Positions 1-5,980 of a DNA stretch of 64,000 nucleotides are shown one piece after another. The notes beneath the pieces are model-generated. The model made no database searches. It was not told the origin of the DNA and saw only the letters and a program-made list of their open reading frames with translations. The position numbers were made by a program, and so were the translations under genes. How positions within the stretch are numbered: position 1 is the first letter of the stretch; each line of letters opens with the position of its first letter. This stretch comes from a virus (lineage: Duplodnaviria; Caudoviricetes). The stretch is from IMG/VR virus record IMGVR_UViG_3300021256_000087, positions 1 through 64,000 of that record. The stretch is one strand, 5' to 3'.

Positions 1-39
1 TCGCTAATCCGTGTGGGGGTTCGAATCCTCCCTTGGGCG
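1..39 (+). tRNA. 3' part of a tRNA truncated by the window start; isotype undetermined
   Basis: T arm GGGGG-TTCGAAT-CCTCC at 15-31, followed by a 7-nt acceptor strand. Confidence 0.7.
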
Positions 40-46
40 TACAAAT

Positions 47-122
47 GGCAGAGGATAGACGTATCCATATGGAGGAGTGGGGATGCAGCCTCACGAGGTC
101 GGTTCGAATCCGACATCTGCCT
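47..122 (+). tRNA. Atypical tRNA-Cys(GCA)-like gene
   Basis: Acceptor GGCAGA/TCTGCC, T arm GTCGG-TTCGAAT-CCGAC, TGCA at 84-87, U discriminator; D arm and anticodon loop are non-canonical. Confidence 0.55.
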
Positions 123-127
123 ATTTT

Positions 128-200
128 GCTCTCTTAGTTCAGTCGGTAGAACACACGGCTGTTAACCGTGACGTCCTAGGTTCGAGTCCTAGAGGGAGCG
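128..200 (+). tRNA. tRNA-Asn(GUU)
   Basis: Full cloverleaf: GCTCTCT/AGGGAGC acceptor, CACGG-CTGTTAA-CCGTG anticodon arm, CTAGG-TTCGAGT-CCTAG T arm; CCA not encoded. Confidence 0.95.
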
Positions 201-375
201 CGGATCCTAAGCTGGATCAGTGTATACGAGGGCACAGCTGAAATGCCTAGTCCTACCAGCGGGTGCGAGCTAATCCGCAAACGAAAGCCGGTCACACTCC
301 TTGACTGAGTGCCGCGCGTATTGAGGCAGAAGGTCTTATAAAAGATTTTTCGACTGCAAAAAGTGATACGCATGG
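201..375 (+). ncRNA. Candidate structured RNA of unknown class
   Basis: Six adjacent hairpins (203-218, 231-247, 259-278, 290-306, 310-328, 332-347) in a GC-richer non-coding gap. Confidence 0.4.
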
Positions 376-385
376 AGGAAATGAG

Positions 386-670
386 GTGAATATGATGGAA
401 GATAGATATAAAAATTTCAAAGAATTAGATCCCCCAGTCCCTTTTGATGAGTATTTTAAGAATCGAAATTATGAATTAGTTCAAGTTCATATGATAGATC
501 CTGAGACAAAATTTGTTATTGGGTTCGTTGGTCAATTTAGTTGGCAAAATAATAAACTTACTCCTTTGGATGGGGATTATTATAATTCTGATATGAAAGT
601 TTTAAAATATGATTATTTTGTATACGAAGGAAAGATTTGTTTAGATGTATTAGTAGGGGATGATTGGTAA
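386..670 (+). CDS. Hypothetical phage protein
   Basis: 94-aa ORF with RBS (GAGG), overlapping the next gene. Confidence 0.7.
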   Translation: MNMMEDRYKNFKELDPPVPFDEYFKNRNYELVQVHMIDPETKFVIGFVGQFSWQNNKLTPLDGDYYNSDMKVLKYDYFVYEGKICLDVLVGDDW

Positions 671-1272
671 TGATTACGTTATATATTGGAAAGTCTGGAG
701 CCGGTAAAGACACCTTTCTCAAGAAGCAAGTAGCATTAGGGGTTACTCCTATAGTGTCTTACACCACGCGTCCAATGCGTGAAGGTGAAGTAGATGGAGT
801 TGATTATCATTTTGTTTCTTTGGTAAGATTCCTTGAAATGCTTGATCATGGGCAATTAGCTGAATGGAGAAAATATGATACACTAATCAATAATTTACCG
901 GCCACATGGTATTATGGTTCTCCGTGGCTTAATAAATATAAAGATTATGTAGGAGTTGTTACTCCAGAAGGTGCTAAAAATTATATTAAACTATATGGCG
1001 CAGAGAATATCGAAATAGTCTATGTCATAGCAGATGATGACATCAGAGAAGAGAGGGCCAGAATACGAGAATCACTTAGTATCGAAGAGTGGAATGCTAC
1101 AGTTAAGCCTGAGTGGGACAGACGACTTAAAGCAGACGCGGAAGATTTTTCTGATGAAGTTATTCAAGATTTGGCCAACGCTCTTGGACATAAGATTACC
1201 GTAATGTTTAATAATAGTTACCCTGACAGAGTAACATTTTCATGGATCTATCCACTTGACAAAATAACATGA
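664..1272 (+). CDS. gmk: Guanylate kinase-like protein
   Basis: P-loop GKSGAGKDT and the GK motif SYTTRPMREGEVDGVDYHFVS. Confidence 0.85.
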   Translation: MVMITLYIGKSGAGKDTFLKKQVALGVTPIVSYTTRPMREGEVDGVDYHFVSLVRFLEMLDHGQLAEWRKYDTLINNLPATWYYGSPWLNKYKDYVGVVTPEGAKNYIKLYGAENIEIVYVIADDDIREERARIRESLSIEEWNATVKPEWDRRLKADAEDFSDEVIQDLANALGHKITVMFNNSYPDRVTFSWIYPLDKIT

Positions 1273-1284
1273 ATATGTTAATGT
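1256..1284 (+). promoter_or_regulatory. SigmaA-type promoter for the RNA cluster
   Basis: TTGACA (1256-1261), 17-bp spacer, TG-n-TAATGT (1279-1284). Confidence 0.7.
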
Positions 1285-1291
1285 ATTATTA

Positions 1292-1373
1292 GGTCGTTCG
1301 GGCGACCATAAATAGACTTCTAAGCCCGAAGCGTTTACGATTTTGCTGATCTCAGGAAAATCGTAAGGCAAGT
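1292..1373 (+). ncRNA. Pistol self-cleaving ribozyme
   Basis: P1 GGTCG/CGACC; loop TTCGGG pseudoknots with CCCGAA (1325-1330); TAAATAG linker; P2 ACTT/AAGT; TAAG; GCG (1331-1333); P3 1335-1344/1357-1366; predicted cut G1368/C1369. Confidence 0.85.
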
Positions 1374-1518
1374 ACGGTGGAACAGAGGTCGCGAACTCTG
1401 ATGGAATAGTAGTATGGGATTGCTACTATTCGTCCTAAAGATAAGACGATCTAATGTGATAATCCTATCGTCTTATCGGTGGTAGTAGAAGGCCTAAAGA
1501 TGTCAACGGCTACCACCT
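1374..1518 (+). ncRNA. Structured RNA between the pistol cut site and tRNA-Gln
   Basis: Stems 1383-1400, 1404-1431 (11 bp), 1440-1477 (11 bp), 1478-1517 (8 bp). Confidence 0.5.
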
Positions 1519-1523
1519 TATTT

Positions 1524-1594
1524 GGCGGATTAGTTCATTAGTAGAACAGGAGCCTTTGAAGCTCATGAGAGAGGGGCAGAACCTCTATCCGCTG
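1524..1594 (+). tRNA. tRNA-Gln(UUG) with non-canonical T and D loops
   Basis: GGCGGAT/ATCCGCT acceptor, GTTC/GAAC D stem, CT-TTG-AA loop, T arm AGAGG-GGCAGAA-CCTCT. Confidence 0.85.
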
Positions 1595-1656
1595 CTACTT
1601 TTACTGCTGAGGGTAAATCAGCGGCGCAAAGTGGGATGGGCGATATCATCCCGTAT

Positions 1657-1834
1657 ATCTCGGTGGCGGAATGGGTAAACGTAAATACAAATTCATGGGG
1701 ATCCAGCAGTTAACGGTTGGCTGTCATGCGAGGGTTGAGACTACGTGCCGAAAAAGCGGGAGCAGGAGGAGTCCATTAAACTCAAACCATGAAGAAAAAG
1801 ACAGTATGTAAGGTTCGAATCCTTACCCGAGATA
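1657..1834 (+). ncRNA. tRNA-scaffolded RNA with a 125-nt structured insert replacing the anticodon/variable arm
   Basis: ATCTCGG/CCGAGAT acceptor, Leu-type D arm GCG-GAATGGGTAAA-CGT, T arm GTAAGG-TTCGAAT-CCTTAC; insert 1683-1807. Confidence 0.7.
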
Positions 1835-2085
1835 TTGACCGAAACGGGCGAGAGAAGAGTAAGTCGTGTAAAGTCACGTTTCTTCGAAACAGAGACAGGA
1901 ACAAAGACGAATTCGCCTCCTGCAGTAGGTCATATGGAAGATGACTTCCCGAGAAGCACACTCGTAAAAATGCTTTATATGCCGGTGAAGTGGGATCCGC
2001 GATGGGAAGCGGTGAACATGGAGGTTTACAAAGGTGGCAACTTACCATAACCCATCTTAGCTTCGGCGAAAGAAAGTTGCTTAAT
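1835..2085 (+). ncRNA. Candidate multi-stem ncRNA with possible loop-loop pairing
   Basis: Nested stems TGACC/GGTCA, GGCGA/TCGCC, TCGT/ACGA, GTTTC/GAAAC; GCAACTT/AAGTTGC; loop GATGGG (2001-2006) complementary to CCCATC (2051-2056). Confidence 0.45.
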
Positions 2086-2169
2086 GGGAATATAGCTTAG
2101 TGGTAAAGCAGCGGTGCGCACCCTCAGAACAACGAGAGCAAGACTCAGGTTCGATTCCTGATGTTCCCT
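2086..2169 (+). ncRNA. tRNA-like RNA lacking a canonical anticodon arm
   Basis: GGGAATA/TGTTCCC acceptor, GCTT-AGTGGTA-AAGC D arm, TCAGG-TTCGATT-CCTGA T arm; middle is two mini-hairpins. Confidence 0.65.
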
Positions 2170-2200
2170 TTTAACAAAATAAAGAAAGGGGTGATTAAGA

Positions 2201-2647
2201 GTGGATTATATGAAGCCGATGGTATTAGAGGTCGAAGATCTTGCTGAGGGAATCTATGCAGCAAGCGGAGAAAACATTGAAGAGAATAATGATAGAGAAG
2301 ATCAGTGCTGGACTATTGATATCACAAAGGATCAAGTTATTGCACACGAAGGTATTGCGAAGTTTAGAATCAAGGCGACACATCCTAACGCTGTTCATAT
2401 CTCTAGAGCCACAACGGTAGTTATTACTTTTAATCAGATAATAACCAGTGCAAGATTTGAAGGATTCGATGCGTCAATTTCCGGTGCTACGGTTACTCTT
2501 GTAAGACAGTCTCATGGTAATGCTTATAATAGTCTTGATGAATATAATAGTTTACTTGAAGTAACTTGTAAGGATCCGGACGCTTTAACCACAGTATCAT
2601 ATACCATTGATTGTACGAAGGATTACAATGTACAAGGTGGTATCTAA
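2201..2647 (+). CDS. Hypothetical protein with a leader-like N-terminus (YMKP...LAEGIYAASG)
   Basis: 148-aa ORF with RBS AAGAAAGGGG; beta-rich C-terminal part with Cys residues. Confidence 0.75.
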   Translation: MDYMKPMVLEVEDLAEGIYAASGENIEENNDREDQCWTIDITKDQVIAHEGIAKFRIKATHPNAVHISRATTVVITFNQIITSARFEGFDASISGATVTLVRQSHGNAYNSLDEYNSLLEVTCKDPDALTTVSYTIDCTKDYNVQGGI

Positions 2648-2721
2648 CGCGGAGTGGACTGGAGCGGAGCCAGCACGGTCTCATAAGCCGTACAACGCGG
2701 GTTCGAATCCCGCCTCCGCTA
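2648..2721 (+). tRNA. tRNA-Met(CAU), initiator-like
   Basis: C1:U72 mismatch, ACGGT-CTCATAA-GCCGT arm, GCGGG-TTCGAAT-CCCGC T arm; fMet/Met/Ile2 identity uncertain. Confidence 0.85.
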
Positions 2722-2854
2722 TTTAGGAAGCGTTTGTTGTGAAAGGCAACTTGTTGGCGCACAGCAATAAGTGCGTATAGTGTGAGATAGAGTTAGAGTT
2801 CTCAGGGGCAGCGCTGGAATCGCTCATGCATTACCACCCATAAAAACTCACAAT

Positions 2855-2938
2855 GCTACCATGTCGGAATGGGTAGACGACTCGGACTTAAAATCCGATG
2901 TGAGAAATCACGTGCGAGTTCAAGTCTCGCTGGTAGCA
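2855..2938 (+). tRNA. tRNA-Leu(UAA)
   Basis: GCTACCA/TGGTAGC acceptor, TCGGA-CTTAAAA-TCCGA arm, long variable arm, GCGAG-TTCAAGT-CTCGC T arm. Confidence 0.95.
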
Positions 2939-3057
2939 TTTGATATTAGATTGCAACTAATATCAACGGATTATTACAGAGATAATCACAATGAGTCTAC
3001 TAGTTAAAATTCTTGATGCGCACAAGATACTCGTGATGAAGGGTATAATAATTCGTC

Positions 3058-3129
3058 AGGGATATGGTGTAATGGATAGCACGCTCTCGGCTGAAGAGGG
3101 AAGTTTAGGTTCGATTCCTAATGTTCCAA
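3058..3129 (+). tRNA. tRNA-Gln(CUG)-like with G32/G33
   Basis: GTGT/GCAC D stem, CTCTC-GGCTGAA-GAGGG arm, TTAGG-TTCGATT-CCTAA T arm, A1:A72 mismatch. Confidence 0.6.
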
Positions 3130-3304
3130 GAGGTTTGGTAGCACCAAACTGATCTGAGTACGAGCAGGAAAGCTCAGTGAGAATAACAAAGCCTGTGATA
3201 GTTGGCAGCGGCCGGCGGCTGCAGCGTAATGAGACCGGATTTAGTATCTTCTATCATGGGAGACTGCACAAATTAACATTATAACAAACTTATTGAGGTA
3301 ATAC

Positions 3305-3502
3305 ATGAAAAGATATAAAGCAATCTTTGATCTACCTGACAATATCATACCACCTAATCTGGTGGGCTTTCAAATTCCAATCGTAGAAACAACTCCTAAT
3401 GGTACTCAAGTCGTACCACAGACTTTTACCGCACCTCTTATGTCTATAGCATATTTTGAAATAGAGGATGGCACTTATGTGGAGGTGATTAAAAATGTAT
3501 GA
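3305..3502 (+). CDS. Hypothetical protein
   Basis: 65-aa ORF with RBS GAGG. Confidence 0.65.
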   Translation: MKRYKAIFDLPDNIIPPNLVGFQIPIVETTPNGTQVVPQTFTAPLMSIAYFEIEDGTYVEVIKNV

Positions 3503-3674
3503 ATGTTTTCATTGTGGGCACCGTGCTGTAGTCTGGGACTCTGATTTCAGTTTTGAAGACTTCTGTTATGAGGGAGAAGGTATAGTACATATTTGTCATT
3601 GTGCGAATTGTGGGGCGGAAATTGAGTATAGGATTCCTATACCGGATGAGGAAGAGGATCAAGATGACACGTGA
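3495..3674 (+). CDS. Small zinc-ribbon protein (not in ORF track)
   Basis: MYECFHCG...CHCANCGAE, 59 aa, RBS GGAGGTG, overlaps neighbours. Confidence 0.75.
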   Translation: MYECFHCGHRAVVWDSDFSFEDFCYEGEGIVHICHCANCGAEIEYRIPIPDEEEDQDDT

Positions 3675-3873
3675 GAAATCATTAGAAATCATAAAAGAAA
3701 TAGCGGCGAATTATATATCAGGTGATCATAAATATAAGACCGTTGAAATCATAGAAGCCATTGATACTTATATAGATACAATTGATCAGCTCAAGAAAGC
3801 ACGTAAGGCTGCGCGTAGATATAAGCGTATGTATTTACAAATGAAAAATAGTGAAAAAATAGTGGAGGAATAA
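3664..3873 (+). CDS. Hypothetical protein
   Basis: ATG at 3664 (MTREKSLEII...) within track ORF 3601..3873; coupled overlap. Confidence 0.65.
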   Translation: MTREKSLEIIKEIAANYISGDHKYKTVEIIEAIDTYIDTIDQLKKARKAARRYKRMYLQMKNSEKIVEE

Positions 3874-3875
3874 TT

Positions 3876-4046
3876 ATGACTAAGAACAGAACAAACTATA
3901 ACCCTACACCCGTATACAACAGAAAGTGGGCACGTACAGTAATCCGCAATCAGATCATTAAGCGTAATGGTTATCACAATGTGAGCAAGGCTATGAGCGA
4001 TATGTTCAAGAGTATGCATAACAGAGAGGAAGAGACTAATGATTAA
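3876..4046 (+). CDS. Small basic hypothetical protein (not in ORF track)
   Basis: MTKNRTNY...EEETND, 56 aa, RBS GGAGG. Confidence 0.6.
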   Translation: MTKNRTNYNPTPVYNRKWARTVIRNQIIKRNGYHNVSKAMSDMFKSMHNREEETND

Positions 4047-4686
4047 GGTCGAGAATATTGATGTGTGTGGATTTGAACATGCTATTCGCGGGATGAGAAA
4101 TCCTATGAACAGTTGGGATAATAGCGACAGCGAATATAGAAAAGGTATAGATGGAATGTCTATTGATGCTTCAATGGCAAACAATTATCAGATTGGCAAA
4201 TATGATTTAGATCTTATGAAAAGATTATATAAGGCAGGAACAGAGCATAGAAAATATCTCCGTCAGATATTTGTATCAATGGACATAACCGCACCACTGT
4301 ATTGGTGGAAAGAGTTTGACACTTATAAGGTGGGAATAGTGTCTAATTCGTGTTCTACCATGCACAAGATTCATGCCAAAGAGTTTGAGTTGGATGATTT
4401 TAGTCATGAGCATTTATTGCGGTCAGCACTTGATAATTTATCAGGAACTATTGAAACATTAAATAAGTACCGTGTGGTTTACCTTGAGAGTAAGGATAAA
4501 GCGTATTGGTGGCAGATGATACAGTTACTTCCATCATCTTATAATCAGAAACGGACAATAACAATGAACTATGAAAATGTGATGAGCATTATTCATCAGA
4601 GATCCGGACACAAGCTGGATGAGTGGAACGAATTTGTGGAGATCCTTAAAAATCTTCCCTATGTTAAAGAAATTATGGGGGATTAA
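4039..4686 (+). CDS. thyX: Flavin-dependent thymidylate synthase (ThyX)-like, divergent phage type
   Basis: Motifs EHRKYLRQI, APLYWWKEFDTYKVG, SCSTMHK, LLPSSYNQKRT; the classic RHR motif is not intact. Confidence 0.65.
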   Translation: MIKVENIDVCGFEHAIRGMRNPMNSWDNSDSEYRKGIDGMSIDASMANNYQIGKYDLDLMKRLYKAGTEHRKYLRQIFVSMDITAPLYWWKEFDTYKVGIVSNSCSTMHKIHAKEFELDDFSHEHLLRSALDNLSGTIETLNKYRVVYLESKDKAYWWQMIQLLPSSYNQKRTITMNYENVMSIIHQRSGHKLDEWNEFVEILKNLPYVKEIMGD

Positions 4687-4688
4687 AT

Positions 4689-4889
4689 ATGGCAGAAAAA
4701 ACATATACTATCACTCAAGAAGAAAAAGATATGCTGGAGTATTTTAAAGAGAATCACTCTGATGAATATGAAATGTATTGCAATTTTCTTGAATATTTTA
4801 GTAAAGAGCAGTTGGCTTTGATGTTAGTAGAAAAAATGGAAGAAAATAATGTTTTTGAAAAGATGATAAAGAGGGTTTCAAGAAAATGA
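4689..4889 (+). CDS. Hypothetical protein
   Basis: 66-aa ORF in a tightly packed operon. Confidence 0.6.
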   Translation: MAEKTYTITQEEKDMLEYFKENHSDEYEMYCNFLEYFSKEQLALMLVEKMEENNVFEKMIKRVSRK

Positions 4890-5167
4890 CACATGAATTA
4901 AAGATACGGCAATGTTTTGCCGACGCAATAGTTAGAGGTGATAAGACCTTTGAGATCCGTGAAAATGATAGAGGATTTCAGAAGGGCGACTTAATTAAGT
5001 TCAAAGTAGTATCCGACAATCCTCTCGGCCTAGCTCCCGAAGGACACTTCATAGAAAAACCAGTGTACATAATAACATATGTACTCTCCGGTTGGGGACT
5101 AAAGGATAATTATGTAGCACTTGGAATTAAACAGGCTACTCAAGAAGAGGAGATAGCAGGGCGATGA
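4886..5167 (+). CDS. DUF3850/ASCH-like protein
   Basis: HELKI...GDKTFEIRENDRGFQKGD...ITYVLSGWGLKDNYVALGI. Confidence 0.8.
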   Translation: MTHELKIRQCFADAIVRGDKTFEIRENDRGFQKGDLIKFKVVSDNPLGLAPEGHFIEKPVYIITYVLSGWGLKDNYVALGIKQATQEEEIAGR

Positions 5168-5364
5168 AACATACAATAACATTTTACACAGATGACAATG
5201 AAGTCAAGGAAATAAGAGATATTAGAGTAACATTTTTCGATCAGGATGGAAGAGTGTATTGTCAGAATTATAAACAGAGCAATAGGGTTGATGAAGTTAA
5301 CAATATAAATTCAAGGATATCACAAAGGATTGAGGAGTTGAATAATGGTAAATCTAATCACTAG
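5164..5364 (+). CDS. Hypothetical protein
   Basis: 66-aa ORF, ATGA overlap. Confidence 0.55.
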   Translation: MKHTITFYTDDNEVKEIRDIRVTFFDQDGRVYCQNYKQSNRVDEVNNINSRISQRIEELNNGKSNH

Positions 5365-5659
5365 AGGGCGGCAGCGAGGTAAGACACATGACCTTATTAT
5401 CGCCAGTGTAATAACCGGTTATCCTATTGTCTGCATGGACGAAGGACGTGCGAATTATACTAAACGAACGGCGGAAGCGATGGGGTATAAAATACCCGAT
5501 CCTATCAGTGCAGAAAGACTTAAGCATTGGAAAGGTATGTATGAAAATGTATTAGTAGACGATCTGGAGTACTGGCTATCCAATGCCCTTGATTCCTACT
5601 TTGGTACGCATGTGGTCGCTGCAACAATTAGCACCAAAGAGGATAAAATATGCAAATAG
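5345..5659 (+). CDS. Minimal P-loop protein
   Basis: Walker A-like RGRQRGKT and Walker B-like VLVDD in only 104 aa. Confidence 0.6.
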   Translation: MVNLITRGRQRGKTHDLIIASVITGYPIVCMDEGRANYTKRTAEAMGYKIPDPISAERLKHWKGMYENVLVDDLEYWLSNALDSYFGTHVVAATISTKEDKICK

Positions 5660-5847
5660 AATATGAAATAGCCGAAAGTGAGATTGCAATTACAGGGCTG
5701 TTACAAGTAATATTTATCATGCTGAAGTTACATAATGTGATTAATTGGACATGGCCAGTGGTACTAATTCCTTTATGGATTAATTTAGGACTAATATTTA
5801 TAGTAGCCGCCATCTGGATATTCATTATTACTTCAGAAAAGCGTTGA
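5650..5847 (+). CDS. Small membrane protein
   Basis: Two hydrophobic segments, INWTWPVVLIPLWI motif. Confidence 0.65.
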   Translation: MQIEYEIAESEIAITGLLQVIFIMLKLHNVINWTWPVVLIPLWINLGLIFIVAAIWIFIITSEKR

Positions 5848-5897
5848 TATAAACCATCATTTTGACGGCAATGACTTGTCTTCAGAATGATGGTTTA
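5848..5897 (+). terminator. Inverted repeat / intrinsic terminator
   Basis: ATAAACCATCATTTTGA ... TCAGAATGATGGTTTAT. Confidence 0.65.
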
Positions 5898-5905
5898 TGT
5901 TGTAC

Positions 5906-5934
5906 TTGACAAAATAATATATATAGAATAATAT
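5906..5934 (+). promoter_or_regulatory. SigmaA-type promoter of the DNA polymerase operon
   Basis: TTGACA-17 bp-TAATAT; shares ACTTGACAAAATAA with the promoter at 1256. Confidence 0.7.
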
Positions 5935-5980
5935 AATTGAGAGGGAAAATATATAATTCTATATAATTTCGAGGTGGCGT

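Noticed and set aside
176-373. ORFs over the RNA cluster (176..373, 1782..2048, 1835..2050, 2493..2762)
   Set aside because: They overlap tRNAs or structured RNA, have poor starts and show no protein-like features.
1374-1440. Hammerhead ribozyme (CTGATGG next to hairpins)
   Set aside because: CUGANGA is imperfect and the GAAA and NUH core elements are absent.
1657-1834. tmRNA or an intact group I tRNA intron
   Set aside because: It is only 178 nt, with no G3.U70 pair and no tag ORF. P3, P8 and P9 cannot be placed in the right order, and excision would not give a standard tRNA.
200-3270. HDV-like theta ribozymes at tRNA 3' ends
   Set aside because: No P1/P1.1/P3 nested double pseudoknot could be built downstream of any tRNA.
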